DNA of 63,764 nucleotides, counting the filler, from Reticulomyxa filosa (lineage: Eukaryota; Protista; Foraminifera), in the NCBI GenBank assembly GCA_000512085.1. It is 13 parts of 13 records of this genome, joined end to end, with 100 filler letters (N's around TTAATTAATTAA, not from the genome) between each part and the next. Parts side by side here need not be neighbours in the genome. Positions count along the whole stretch, not along the records: positions 1 to 5,312 come from ASPP01011590.1; positions 5,413 to 19,094 come from ASPP01024567.1; 11 more parts are not named here. One strand, 5' to 3'. The position numbers and the translations under genes are program-made. Position 1 is the stretch's first letter, and every line of letters begins with the position of its first letter. This document shows positions 1 to 14,215 of the stretch, piece by piece. The notes under the pieces are model-generated. The model had not been told where the DNA came from. It saw nothing but the letters and a program-made list of their open reading frames with translations, and did no database searches.

Positions 1-20
1 AAACAAACAAACAAACAAAA

Positions 21-2805
21 AGAACACAATGTTGTTATCAAGTTTGCCACAAATCCAAGATAGCGTGTGTGAGTTATTTGGAGAAGGGGACAAAGACAAA
101 GACGGTGAGAGTACAGTCCAAACGATGTTGCATGTGTACATATGTGTATACGTTTTTTTGTTGTTTGTTATTACGACATGCCAATGAAAATGTGTGTGTT
201 TGTGTGTGTATGTATGATAACAAACAATGATCACCACGAATGAAGGGAAAATTAAACGGGAAGAGTTTTTTGAAGTAATGCAAAAAATTCTTCCAGGTTC
301 ATCTTACGTTGAATTAGACCAATTGTTCGAGCGGTTGGACATTAAAAAAAGTGGAGCCATCGACTATGAAGAGTTATTACATTCTGCTGCAGGAGAAAAC
401 TTTCTCAAAGTTTTTTATTGTTTAAAAAAAATATAATAAAATAAAATGTGTACATGCATATATAACATATAAATAATTATATATGTATATGTACATATAC
501 ATATATATGTATATATTTTTTTTTTTGATTTGTAAAATGAAAAAAAAAAAAAAAGAATATATTGGGACTGGAAGACGACAATTCGTCAGTGAAAGCCTTG
601 AGTCCTCGGAAACATGTAAACTTGAACTCGTTCCAGACGGGCAGCGGCAACAAACCGCACACGCACGTACACAATCGGAACAACTCGAACGGCTCGTTCG
701 TGGTGAAGGGTGGCAATCTGCCGACGCATACCAAGAAAAGGGACAGCATGGAATCGATTGGGTCTTCCATCGCCGAGGCAGAGAGTGACCAGGGCGGTCC
801 TTGGCGTCGGTCACAAAGAACCATGCTTGTGCATTCGGACACACATCATCCCAAAGACCTGGATACCATCCATCAAATGGTCTGCTAAACAAAAAAAAAA
901 GCATTCAATATCATATATTATATATATATATATAATATATGATATTGAATGGTTTTTGTTTTTTTGTTTTTAATGGTTGCAATGTGATGTGTACGTTACA
1001 TTACAACGAAAGAAATTGCAATTGCAAAACCTGCGTGAGGACAACAAAAAGGCGAAGCCATTGGAAAAAGAGTTGCGAGAATTGCGAAGTGCAATGGACG
1101 TGATGAAGTCAGACAATCAAAGATTGGAATTGCAATACGACGACGTAAAAAAAGAGGTTAGTTTATATATACATATATGTATATACACATATACACATAT
1201 ATATTATCTCCTTTTGAATTGCATTCGCTATAAAGCACTACTCTTTTTTTTTGATTGACCACTTTTGCAATGTTTGTGACCAACGTGCATATATGCTTGT
1301 GTGTGTGTGTGGTTTTCAAAGCTCGAAGCAGTGCAATCCGAACGCAGTGAATTGCAACAACAAAACGAAAAGCTTGAACTTCATTGCAAACAAATGGAAA
1401 ATAGGATGGAAAGCGCCGTGGTGCAGCCCACGACGAATGAAGAGGACCGCCTGGACCAAATCCAGAAATTGGAGACCACCATCCTCGAATTGCGCAAGGA
1501 CACGGATACACTCTCCGAACAGGAGCAGAGCATGCATCGCACCTCTTCGACCCAGCGCGATCGCATTCAAACGCTCGAGTTGCAAAACACACAACTCCAA
1601 CAGCAACTCTCCACAATGGCCAATCGCTTGTCCGAACAAAGCGACACGTCCGAAGGTCTGCAGTTTGAATTGCTTCGCACTCAAGACTTTTTGCACAAGC
1701 GCATGAAGAGTGCCATACATTTAAAGCAAGAAGTCATTCAATTGCTAAAACGTTTAGGTTTTTTTTTTTTTTTGTTTTTTTTTTTTTTTTTTTTTTTTAA
1801 TAAACAAATTTTTAAATATGTATATGTATTTATTTGTTTATTTATTTGCTTATATGTGCCCATATTGTAAACCTGTTTGTTTTGTTTTACATGTTACTTC
1901 TAGTTGGTGACTCAAGACACACTGGCCAAAGCAATTGAGGTAAGACCTTCGTATATTCTTTTCTGTCCTACTCCCTCTCACTCACTATGTGCTGGCACTT
2001 TGCACATAGGAGCCGTCGCCGAAAAACAAACAAGAAAACAACATTCAATTTCGGGTGAAAAGATTGTCACGCAATATGTCTCTTGAGGCCATCAAATTAG
2101 CAAATGAAGCCACCGTTCAGTTTGATCTCTTCTTTTTCCACCCTCCTCTTCTCCAACAGTAACGTAATGTTATAACATAGTGAATATGAACACATATATA
2201 TATATATATACATATATATACCTATATGTATATGTATATGCATAAATGTATATTGCCTTTGCATTGGATAAACAGAAAAATGGATTGAATGCTGAAGCGG
2301 AAGCGAATGAACTCGGAGATGAAGAGCCCCAGGATTTGTCGGTTCAGTTGTCGCACTTTGAAGATGAATCCGCTGATCCCGTGGAAAAGTCACAAGAACC
2401 TGAGTTGCAACAAGATATTTCCACTAAAGAATATGAACACAAACGCGACCAAATCCTCGAAAAACACAAACAAAATATTGACGCTTTGAAAAATCAATTC
2501 CAACTCCAATTGAAACAAAAATTAGATCAAGAACAAGAAGAGGTATGTCTTTTTTTTTTTGCCTTGTGTTGTCTCACTTTCAAAGTGCCTTTAAAAAAAA
2601 AAAAAAAAAAATGAGAATGAAATGGCTGGAAGAAATTAAAGAAAAACTCCAAGAAGAAGCACGCTTGCAACGTTCTGAAAAGAAACGTGGTGATATGGAG
2701 ATAGTATCTCCAAGTAAAACAAATCTGAAAGAACCACTCTTGCCAAAGGATGAGGAAAAATCATCTCGGTTTAGTTGTGTCATGTGTGGCTTTGGGTGTT
2801 GGTAG
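21..2805 (+). CDS. Multi-exon EF-hand + long coiled-coil protein, 5'-partial; exon limits approximate
   Basis: EF-hand-like loops DKDKDGE (~90-110) and DIKKSGAIDYEE (337-372). Heptad/Q-E-K-rich exons in ORFs 977-1258, 1301-1870, 2246-2614 and 2545-2805, separated by GT..AG AT-rich introns. Ends in Cys-rich SCVMCGFGCW*. Confidence 0.65.
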
Positions 2806-3174
2806 CTTGCTAAAAGAGCGAGTTTTAAAAAGCAGATAATTATAATAAATAACTCATCGCATCTACTTGTGAAACATGTATTTTTATTTGTGCTTAATTT
2901 ATGATCGACGTGATGTTAAGATATTTTTCTTTTTTTTCTCCATATATACCGTACTTGAACCTTTTTTTAAAGTAAGCAACAATCGTCAACGTCATGTGAT
3001 TTACTTAACTATTACAAAAAAAACTATTAAGAAAAGTTATTTCAAGAAGAAGAGCTGTTTTGGGTAGTATTTCAAACAAAGGACTGTACGTTTGGAAGGG
3101 GAGAGACCTGGACAAAAAAGTGAGAAGAAAAAAAGTTAATTCCAAAATATTTCATAGTAATACTATATTAAATA

Positions 3175-4477
3175 ATGTCGTGGAATTGGAATGATTCTTC
3201 AGAGTCAGTAGATAATCCAAATCGTGATGTGATTGTAAAAGACCCGCCAAAAGGGAGTATTTCATCTTTACGATGTTCGCCGACACGTAACATGCTGGCA
3301 GTGGGTTCTTGGGATGCTCATGTGCGAGTGTATGAGCACGATAACAATGGAAATACAAGATGTTTAGGTTTAAAAAAGCACGACAAGCCTGTTTTGTGTG
3401 TATGCTGGGATGAAACTGGACAGCACGTTTTCAGCGCAGGTTCGAACATTTTTTTTTTTGGAAAAATCTTTCCAGCATATATATTGACTAACACAAAAAA
3501 AAAAAAAAAAAAAAAACGGCTGTGACAACACTGTGCAAATATGGAATCTGCAAAAGCAATCATTTCAAGCACTAGGCAACTATCACAAAGCCGCAATAAG
3601 TGACGTATGTTACGTGAAAGAGAAGAACACAGTGATAACAAGCAGCTGGGACGGCAGCATAGCATTTTGGGATTTGCGCATGTCGCAACGAGGCATGACG
3701 ATCGACGACATAAAAGCAAAGATATTCAACATGGGTTGCAAAGAGGTATTGCTGGCTTGTACGCTCAGCAACCGCCATTTGCGCTGGTATGACATCCGCA
3801 ATCCACGACAACAAAATGACGTGGAAAGCGCGTTTCAAACGCAATTGCGAGGCTTGGACTGTTTTCCTAATGGCGCAGGATTTGCCGTCGGCTCTGTGGA
3901 AGGACGAATTCAAGTGCGCTACATTAACAAAAAAATGCAGGATGAGAAAGGCTTTTCGTTCAAATGCCATCGCCAAGACGCGACAGACAAGAACTACTCT
4001 TACAACAACACCTCCACACACGTTTACAGCGTCAATGCTTTGCGCTTTCATCAAGAAATGGGCACTTTGGCAAGTGGGGGCTCTGATGGCGAAATCAGCA
4101 TTTGGGACAAAGATGGAAGGTTATTTATTTACTTTATGTGGTGTCGTCTTTTATTATTTATAAATAATAATAGATTTTTTTACTTTATCTAACCAACTGT
4201 TATTTATTAACAATTATTTTTTTGCTGCTTGTTATTGCTAAATTATATGTAACCCCACTCAACACACAGAGCTCGCTTGAAACATTTGGCTTGCATGAAA
4301 CTACCCGTTGTCTCTTTGGACTTCTCGCGCGATGGCTCTGTACTAGCTTATGCCACCAGCTATGACTACAGCAAAGGATTTGATGCAAATGCTCTTGAAA
4401 AAGAAAAACCTCGCATATATCTGCATCGATTACAACGGGAAGATGTCGATCCTAAAGCCAAGAATAACAATAGCTAA
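3175..4477 (+). CDS. RAE1: mRNA export factor Rae1/Gle2 (WD40), 3 exons (3175-3439, 3519-4119, 4270-4477)
   Basis: Family motifs GSWD, GSVEGRI, FSFKCHR, VYSVNALRFH, GTLASGGSDG, WDKD-R-RLK and AYATSYDYSKG. The last matches Rae1 SYDWSKG rather than Bub3. Confidence 0.85.
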
Positions 4478-5312
4478 ACTTTTCTTTCCTTTTGCTTGCT
4501 TCACTTTGTTCTTCAACCTTTTTTATTTTTTTTAATTCTTCCATTCAACTACTTCAACCATTTTCTTTTTTTTAAAATGTCCTTGCACTGTAATAACTCA
4601 TCGGTTGCTTTTGTTTGCATCCGAGCTTGTCCTTTGCTCCTACTTTGTTGTTGGTTGTTTACATTTCTATTGGCGTGTGCCACTGGATGGAATAATAATA
4701 ATACATTGGCTGAAATGATAGTTTTGCTCAACAATTCTTTCTGTGTCTTGGGTGTAGTTCGTGACAGTGTTTGTTTCGAGGTTTGCCATCCCCCCCCCCC
4801 CCATGTCTCAAAAATTATTTATTGAAGTAATAGATTTATAACAATACACTTAAAGTACAATCATTTTCACGTTTTGAAGTAAAATTCTTACATTCTTTAA
4901 TATATTTTTTCAGTGTTTTGAAAAAATTTTTAATAGTGCAAAAAACAAACAAAAAGAATTCCAGCACCTCACGTTATTACTTTCATGAACTTACAAGTGA
5001 AAATGTTATTTGATAACTTTAGACCCTTTTGTAAAATGTTACTTTACTAACCTAGTGTCGACTTGTAGTGTTTGAATCAGTTTGGTCCTTTTTTTTGTCG
5101 TTATTTAGCTTGCTCCGAGGGCAAATACAAGCAAACTTCTCTGTAGATAAAAAGTTTTGGTAAAAAAAAAAAAAAAAGTGATGTATGAAATTTTGTAAAG
5201 GGTAAGGGACCAGGACCATCATTAGGTTTTTAACTACCTTAATGGTAATCAAGTATTGGCAACTTTTACCTAATCGAAATACACGTATCTGATTAGACTA
5301 AAGTTGCAGTGC

Positions 5313-5412
5313 NNNNNNNNNNNNNNNNNNNNNNNNNNNNNNNNNNNNNNNNNNNNTTAATTAATTAANNNNNNNNNNNNNNNNNNNNNNNNNNNNNNNN
5401 NNNNNNNNNNNN
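5313..5412. other. Artificial contig-joining linker N44-TTAATTAATTAA-N44. Also at 19095-19194, 23915-24014, 25015-25114, 27513-27612, 30980-31079, 45753-45852, 47556-47655, 49670-49769, 58764-58863, 60910-61009 and 62250-62349.
   Basis: Twelve identical 100-bp blocks with a six-frame-stop core; genes are truncated at these blocks. Confidence 0.97.
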
Positions 5413-6427
5413 AATCAAAATACAAATGGGGAGGAAGAGGAGGAGGAGGAGGAAGTGGATGAAGAAGAGGAAGTAGTGATGGCACCGATGGGGACACGAA
5501 ACAAGATGAAACGACGAACCCAAGCCAATGAAACAGCTGTTCCGGTTGAGGAAGTGCTGCGGAACGAAAACAAAGAAACGTGGGAAGATATTCGACTCAT
5601 GGATGAACACCAGAAAAAACAGGAATTTGTACAACAACAACAACAACAACACTTCATTCAACCCACCGGGACTGCTGCTCTTTTCATCACTTTGTTTCTG
5701 GCTTTGGACTGGAATCAAACCATCCCTGGAAGTTACTGTTTTCTTTTTAAAATATTACAATATTCGTATACGTATACATATGTATGTATCATATACACTT
5801 TTTTTTTAAAAAAAAAAATTATGCATGTGCAAAGGCCAAACACAGAACAATTGGCAGCTGAAACGTGAAATAAGAATTAGCAATGATTGGTTTTTATGGC
5901 AATTGAAAGACTGTGTACGAAAAGAGCTTGACATAAACACCGGGGAGGTGATATTAGGTATGTACCGTCGATGCAATAATCGGAACAGCGACTTTACATT
6001 TCACGTATTTCCAAACAAGCATTGCAAATTAAGACATTACCACATTCACGACAACGATACCGTGCGTGTGAGAATTGAACCCTCCAAAGGAAACATGCTT
6101 GGCTTCAAACGCTTGTCTGGCGCCGGCAAACATAAACGTGATACCAGCAGTTCACAAGTAAAAGTACCGTGGGCCACTACTCTCAGTTCCACCCATACTC
6201 ATGCTATCGATACCACTGCCAACGCTACTTCCATGATTACTACCACGACCACTGCTGGCAATAGCATCGATACGAGTACCATCACCATTACTCAATCGAA
6301 GCGGAAGGAGAGTGTGAAAAATAATCTCTTGAAAGAAAAACACGTCAGTCGTAGTGTCGCAGGTAGCAATAGTGACGATGGTTTTGTGTTTTTGCATGAA
6401 AGTGACGAAAACTCAAATGAGAATTGA
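5413..6427 (+). CDS. 5'-partial hypothetical protein with a probable ubiquitin-like domain and Thr/Ser-rich tail (2 exons)
   Basis: ORFs 5455-5868 and 5825-6427 joined by an intron at ~5731-5834. REIRISNDWFLWQLKDCVRKEL...CKLRHYHIHDNDTVRVRIE has the beta-grasp/Ubl pattern. Confidence 0.5.
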
Positions 6428-7429
6428 GGCGTTGTTATTCCAATGACAGTTTAGGTGTTGCCACTGTCGCAAATGTCAGGAACAGTATAATACTTACACG
6501 GAAAAAAAAAAAAAAAAAAAAAAGTACATATTGAATTGTGTTGCAAATATCCAACATTTACAATACAAACATAAACTTCTTGTTGTTACTCGTATTTGTC
6601 TTGTTTTGTTTTGCTTTTCATACTGTATTTTCGGTTTTTTATTTCTATTGTTTGTTCTTTGTTCTTTGTTTCATTGTTTTTGTGTTTACTTTTGTACGTT
6701 TTGTCTATCTTGCGAAAAAAGGGGAATACAAATAATTTTTTAGGCCGAATTGCTGTATGTGGACTTGATCAGTTTTTTTTGCTGGCTTCTTCCCCTGATA
6801 AACAATTTGAATTTGTTATGTTGTCAACAGTTATATTTTTGTGGGAGTTTACTGTGAATAAGGGACAAACGTCCTGAGGTACTGGGTTTTAAATCTCTTT
6901 ATTCTAACTTGATTTGAATTCTTTGGGGATTTGCACAAAGTGCAATTTTTTATTGAATCATTTTTCTGCTCTAATCACAAAGATGGAAAAGTAACATTTC
7001 AGTCATGTCAAGCTTCTTCGTCCGCTTGGGTTTTTTTTAAAATGAACATAGTTTTTCCAAGTCAAACAAATAAAATGTTTTAAATTTCCTCATCTATTTA
7101 ATATTTCGCAAATTATAATAACTTTCTTCGAATATAAATGAAAGAAATTTATATTAAGTTGTAAAGTTCCGTTATGAAAAAAAGTGAAATTGAAATTTAA
7201 GTTAGTTTTTTATTATTACGTAATTCTAATCTTTTAAAAGTGAAAAAAGTCATGTAATTTTGTAATTGATCGAAGTTTTACAATAATATGAAAAGCAACA
7301 AAGTAAAAGATCTGTATCTAATATTAGTAGTAGTACAACAAAAAAGCTTAGAAAAGTTATTTTGAATGATTGAAAGATTGTTGAATTTATCAACAAGATT
7401 TTAGACAAAGTGCAAAAAAAACTGTAAAA

Positions 7430-8970
7430 TTAATCTACAGTAAGAAATTTGACTCTTTCGACTCCGAGGAATCCTTACAATTTGATTAAAAATTAACAAA
7501 CAACACATTACATATGATTTATATTATTTTAATAAAAAAGAAATAAAAATAATATATATTACATACCATTGTTACAATTTTCAAAGCGTAACATAATAAA
7601 TTGTTGATTATCTTCAGATAAGGTGATATCTTGAGCGATATTCAAATCAATGAAAGTTTTTTCACCTATATTTTTCCAATCATCAGTTTTTTGTTTATAT
7701 TCATTAGTTAATATTTTAATACTTGAGCAAGGATAAGAAGGTTGAATTTTCACTGTAATGGATGATACTAAATTATTACCAACATCAAATATACACCATG
7801 CCTATATTTTATTTATTTATTATTTTTAATTATTTATTATTATTTTTAAAAAAAAAAAAAAATAATAATTTAAACTGTTGTATTTCCTCCTAAGGAAGAA
7901 GAACACCAATATCCATCATTATCACTTAGCATATTAGTAGTTGGCCATCCTGCAAAAGTACCACTATCATTAATACAAGAAACACCAGTTATTTCAGTTT
8001 TGACAATGTTATCATCATCTTTTTCATCTTTTATATTTTCCATTTGTATTTTATTTAATCTTTTTTCATTTTTGAAATGTGTTAAATGATCATTCTTTAA
8101 TGTTTTGGCACGAAATACATTTACTAATTCCTCATTTGTTAAAATTCCACTGTTATATACTTCATTTGCCAAAAATGATTCACGCATTAATGGAAATCGT
8201 ATATATGGAATTATTTTTTCTAAAATTTCTCTTATTGTTCGTTGTTTCTAATAATAAATATATCATAAAGAAAAAAAAATATATAAATAATTATTTATAT
8301 ATACGTATATATATATATATCTCTTTTTTTTTAACTTCATCAGTGGAAGTTATTTGTTTTTTAATCCAGTGAAGCACTGCATTAAATAACAAATCTTCAT
8401 CAACTGCACAAAAATTTTGTTGCAATAAATTTGATAATTGTTGTTCATTGCATTCAAAAAATATATCATTTGTTAATGATGCTTTTACTTTTCCTCCTTT
8501 TTTTACTAACCAATTCCACAAGATTGCTTCTATCGACTATATATATATTATAATATAATGTATATATGCATATATACATATATACAATATATACATATAT
8601 ACATAACTTGATCTTTGGCTTTCAAAGCAAAACGATAAAAATCAATTAAATTTTTAGGTGTGATAATACTAAATAAAAAATTTGTAGCGAGCTTATGCAA
8701 ATTATAAATTTGAAATTGTTGTGAAAAATTTAATATTTCACACACAGTTTCTTCTGTTAATTGTTTAATTGCTTCTGTTTCTTTACCAGATATAAAATTT
8801 ACAATAATCTTCATTGATTCTGTCTCGATATTATTCAATACAATTTCGACGACATTTGATTTATTTTCCCATTCCTTTCTTAGCACAGGTGACGACAAAC
8901 ATAATAAAAAGCTTGAAACAACAAACTTCTTTTTCAACGGTCCTAAAAGGAAAATTATATCATTTGACAT
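7430..8970 (-). CDS. BTB/POZ-BACK protein with a C-terminal discoidin/galactose-binding-like domain, 5 exons
   Basis: BTB: SNDIIFLLG..KKFVVSSFLLCLSSPVL..IVNFI. BACK: DEDLLFNAVLHWIKK. C-terminal NMLSDNDGYWCS..WCIFD..FIMLRF..GVERVKF. Spliced stop TAA at 7430-7432. Confidence 0.75.
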
Positions 8971-9851
8971 TGTAGAGGAAGTTATCTTTGTCTTTATATC
9001 TCTTTGTTAAAAAGGAGTTGTTTTTTTTCAAGTTTTTGTTCTCACTCAAAGTTTCCAAAAAAAAATCATCATAATAATTTTAAAATATTTCAATCTGTTT
9101 TATTTCTTTTCATTTTTATTCACACAATTGCTTTTTATATTTTAAAAAAGACTATTATAATGTTGATCAATTTAATCATGAAAAATTGCTCTCATTTGTT
9201 TCAATTACTACTTACTTTTAATAATTTTAATAACTTGAAAGAATACATTGACAACAATACCAAAACATTTCAATTGTCCTTTTTTTTTTACAAAAATTCT
9301 ACCAATAACAAATTTTACATTTGTATAAAATGTCACTCATAAGAGGTAATAAATGCTATCTGAAAAGACAACATTTAAAAACATTTAAGAATTGCGTAAT
9401 TTTTGTCAGTTCTTGTTTCTTTTGGGGTTTTCTCACCTGCTGCTCATTTTCCTTAGCTTTTTCTTGGTTTTAAAAGTTTTTTAATGTTTTCTAATAAATA
9501 GTAACTATTTTTCTGTGAAATTCTTAAGCAATTATTGAATAGACTAACCAATAAAGAACAAATCAAATCTGTTAATCATTATCGTTCATGGAGTTATCAG
9601 ATTTCTTTCGTTGTATCCGCGCCATAACGTTAACATGCAAGAAAACAAATTGGCAATTCTTATTGAAAGTTAGAAAATGCATCCAAGAAAAGTGAATAAC
9701 AAGTATCACGCAAATATTACTATCCAACAAACAATAGTGTTTATCATTCATTTTGAAAATTGAACAAAAAACGCTTTCAAAATGACACATTCATTTGATT
9801 AAATCAAAAAAGAATCAATGAAAATTTGTTTCCAGAATTTCTGTTTTTGTA

Positions 9852-11960
9852 CTATCTCCAAATGCGAATGGGACCTTTAATTGAACCATAGCATAAGTTC
9901 ACATATTCCTTTTCTTTATTTTTCAATGGTGAAAATTGAAGAGAACATATTCCATCATCTTCATTATCATCACCTTTGATTAAATGTAATTGCTTATTTG
10001 TTCGAACATCCCAAAAACGAATTGTATTGTCCCACGATCCAGAACATATTATGTTTGAATTAATAATTGTTCCATCGCCATTATTATCACTTTTTACATA
10101 CGGAGAAAATTCAACACTATGAACATGATTTGTATGTCCTTTAATAACATTTATTTCTTTTTTTTTTGACCTGGTATCCCATAAACGAACACTTTTATCA
10201 ACTGATCCAGAACACAATATATTTGTTTCATATGGTGAATATTTTACACTATATACGTAATGTTCATGTCCTTTAAAAACAGTTAATTCTTTGGTTGTTT
10301 CAACATCCCACAAACGAATAGCGTGATCAAATGATCCAGAACAAATTGAATATCCATTACCACCAATCATACCAACACTATTCATTTTATTGCTGTTATT
10401 GTTATTACTTTGCAATGATGAAAATTCCACACGCCAAACACAATTTGTATGCCCATTGAAAATATGTAATAATTTCGATTTTTCAATATCCCATAAACGA
10501 ATAGTATTATCACCAGATCCAGAACATAAATATCGACCATTATTGAATGGTGAAAATGCAATGCCACAAACACTACTTGTATGTCCATTTAATACTTGAA
10601 ATTCTTTGGATGTTTTAAAATCCCAAAAACGAATAGTTTTGTCTTGTGATGAAGAACAAACAGCAAAACGATTATTCGCTCTATGATATGGTGAAAATTT
10701 CGCACAATATACATAACTGGAATGTTTTTTAAACAATTGAATTTGTTTGTTGTTTTCAATATCCCATACACGAACTGTATTATCATTTGATCCAGAACAA
10801 ATATATTGGCCATTATTGAATGTGGAGTAATCAACACTCCACACAGTATTAGTGTGTCCACTGAGCGTTTTGATTAATTTGGATGATGAACAAAACAAAT
10901 CAAAAATACTAGGAGGACGTTTAGCGTTAGAAGATAATTGATTATCATTTTCTTTTCTTTCCTCTTTGTTGGAAAGTTGATCATTTTTTTCTTGTAATGA
11001 TTTGATGGATTGATTATAATATTTTTCTTTTTCAATGAAATCTTTTTTCATAATTTCAATATCAGCACGAAGTTTGAGTAACTCTTGTTGTGATTCTCTT
11101 TGAATTTTTTTAATTTCATTGTCTTTTTCCATTAATTCCTTCTGAGGATTTGATTGAACGATATCTTGTTGAAGTCGATCAATCTCTTTTTTCAATGAAA
11201 TATTTTCATTAATTAATATTGCATTATTTTCATTATTTTTTTCATTCAATTGAATTTGTGATTTCAATTGTTTTATCTCTTCCTATATTTTATTTTTGTT
11301 GTTTTAAATAGTTTTATTTGAATATTTGTTAAAAAAAAACTAAACTTGTAATGTTTGAATGAATTTTTGAACTAATTCAAAGTGGACTTTGACTTCAGAA
11401 CATAAATGATCATTTAATTTGTATTTTTGACAACTATATTCGCATCCAAATGGTTTATACCAACAATCCAACATTTTCAAAGGACAAGTACTATTTAAAT
11501 GATCATTTAAATCTTTAATTTTTCCTTTAAAATGACAAATTATTTTTTCATTTTCTTCTCCTTCTTGTTGTTTTTCTTGAGATGGAGTTTGTGAATCTTG
11601 TTGAAATTGAAGTGGACATATCACTTTTAATGCACCAATATGTCGTTGTATTACACCACTTCGAGAATAAATACAATTTTCATGTGGTTCAACAGGACAT
11701 GAATTTTTATTTGTTTTTAAAAATTCTTTCAAACAATTCTCACCAACAACAGGTGATTCATCAATATCTTTGTGCTGTGGACAACAGATTTCGATAGGAT
11801 AATTCGCAACTTGTTTGCAAATTAAACAGATAAAGTTTTCAAATTGTTCTGGTTGATTCAGTTGCAATATCCAATTTTTGTCGAAGCATGGTTGTTCAAC
11901 AGAAACCAGAGTTACTCCAGTTTTTTCTTTTATGGCTTTTTCATCCTCTACTCCACTCAT
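9852..11960 (-). CDS. RING-like/TRAF-type zinc finger + coiled coil + WD40 repeat protein (TRAF7-like architecture), 2 exons
   Basis: ORF 11340-11960: CLICKQ..CPQH..CPVEPHENC and CPLQF..CHFKG..LNDHL..CPLKMLDCWYKPFGC. ORF 9852-11267: coiled coil followed by about 7 GH..CSGS.D.TIR.WD repeats. Confidence 0.85.
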
Positions 11961-12660
11961 CTTTTTCCTCGGCCTTTCCTTAGTTTTGTTGTTTTTCGTG
12001 GATGTTAATTTTAGAGTTTTTTTTTGTTGATTTTTTTATTTTGGGGGGACAGAACGAAACTTTTACGCAAGTTACAGCGTCTTCTGAGTTTCTTGTGTAA
12101 CACATAAAGAAATATTTAACACAATTCACTAACGCTTTAATTAATGACAAAAGAACAACTTTGATTTAAATGAATAAAATATTCTGTTGTTTAAATACCT
12201 AGTCTGATTCAAATCGCGTAATTGGCCCAAATATTTTGATATTACATCTAACATTGTGTTTCTTATTACGAATGAGTGATGCAGTTGTTTCGCAATGTGT
12301 TCTTTTATGAATTTAACTTATAATGTTCATCATTTGGCTAAAAAAAACAAAATCAAGTAAACTAGTGTTGTCAAGTATCTTTATTGTTACTGACGGCATA
12401 TGTAATAAAATTTATCAGTAACAAAAAAAAATTATGTGTTTTTATTATCTTTTACTTTTTTCAACAATAATATTTTGTTTTTTTAAAGAAGGAAAACAAA
12501 TGGAAAAGAAGTATTTCATGTTATTAAAAAAACATCAAACCAGCAAAACCCATTCCCTTCCCACAGCAAATTTTTTTAATGATATTTTTTTAAAAAAAAA
12601 ACACAAACTAAAAAGATACAAAGAGCAGTAGTGGCACCCTTATTCTCCTTCTACTCGAAT

Positions 12661-14179
12661 TTAATCAACAACAAACAACGAGTTGCAACATCCACACAGT
12701 CTTTGTGCCACATTTTCATTATTTTGAAAATCTTGCATTTCTTTTTCTCTTTCTTTTTCATCCCGTTGATCTTTAGCAAATCGTACAAAAATTTGTTCTA
12801 AACTTGTTTGACTTACGGCGTAATTGGAGACATTTAATGAAGTTTTTAATGATTCCATATGTTCAAATACATCAGCAATACTTTCATTTCCAGTGCCAAC
12901 TTGTAATCTAGCAACGCTTCCGTGATCTTCTAACAACATAGCCTCTCCAAGTGCTTTTTTTAGTTCTCTTAAAACACGATCCATATTGGTACCTATTTTT
13001 TCATCAAAATCAATAAAGCAAAGCAAGTCTGAAAATAATAGTTATAATAATAATAATAATATATACATACGTATACATATATATAATTTCAAATAAAATA
13101 CATTACAAACATATGAAATTCTTCGTATTTATACCTGTTTGAACTTGTAGTCCATCAGTCGAATGTGGTAATAACTCTTCATGACTATTATACATGCTAG
13201 AGGTTTGATCATAATTAAATCGAACATCCAATTGATATCCATGTCCAAATCTTGTTTTTAAGTGAGTGGAAGTACCAAGACATCCCAAATGTCCATTGAT
13301 CATTATACCAATTCGTTGACATAATGCTTCACATTCCTCCATACTGTGAGTCGTGAGAATGACAGAGCGACCGCTCATTGTTGCACTAACAAAATCCCAT
13401 AAGCCTCTACGCGATACAGGATCCATACCTGAAGATGGTTCATCCAATAAGACAATTGGCGGATTACCAATAAGTGCAATTCCAACGCTTAGTTTTCTGT
13501 TGGTTTATTTATTTTATTTGACTTGTTTATTTTCGTAAAATGTGTGACATGTCCTATCAAACTTTGCATGCAATAATGACAATACAAACCTTTGATTTCC
13601 ACCAGATAATTGTCCGGCTTGTCTATTTTCATAGACTTCCAAAGACAAATCTTTGATCATTTGGATAACCAACGCAGGTATTTTATGTTGTTGAATGCCT
13701 TTGATAGCAGCGTAAAATTCTAAGTGTTCTCTCACAGTAAGTCGGGGAAACAAAGCGCTAAATTGAGGACAATAGCCCAGGCTACGTCGAACAGCAATTT
13801 GATTGCTAACATTGAATCCATTTAAATATGCCGTTCCAGAAGTGGGCGGGAATACTCCAGTTAGTATTGACATCGTCGTGGTTTTCCCAGCGCCGTTTAA
13901 TCCGAGGAACCCAAAGATTTCTCCTTTTTTCACACCAAACCAGAGATCCTGAACAGCAATCGTGGGTGGACGACTGTAACTTCCTCGAAATACTTTTCGT
14001 AGTCCATGGAGTTCAATCATATCTCTGCCGTTCTCATCTTTTTCTTGATTGTGTTTTTCTTCGGACTGGAATGCCTTTTCTCCGGTTCGGGAGGTTGGGA
14101 TCATCTCATTTCCGGTAGTGGAAGCTTGCACTTGTTTTGGTTCGCTAAAACAACAAATAAGTAATAATTATACATATTC

Positions 14180-14215
<36 letters not shown>

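Noticed and set aside
460-560. ORFs with YIYIY, FFFF or KKKK runs throughout the window
   Set aside because: Translations of intronic (TA)n, poly-T and poly-A tracts.
5313-5412. Regularly recurring TTAATTAATTAA within N runs
   Set aside because: Artificial six-frame-stop concatenation linker. It is not a biological repeat, and cross-linker gene neighbourhoods are meaningless.
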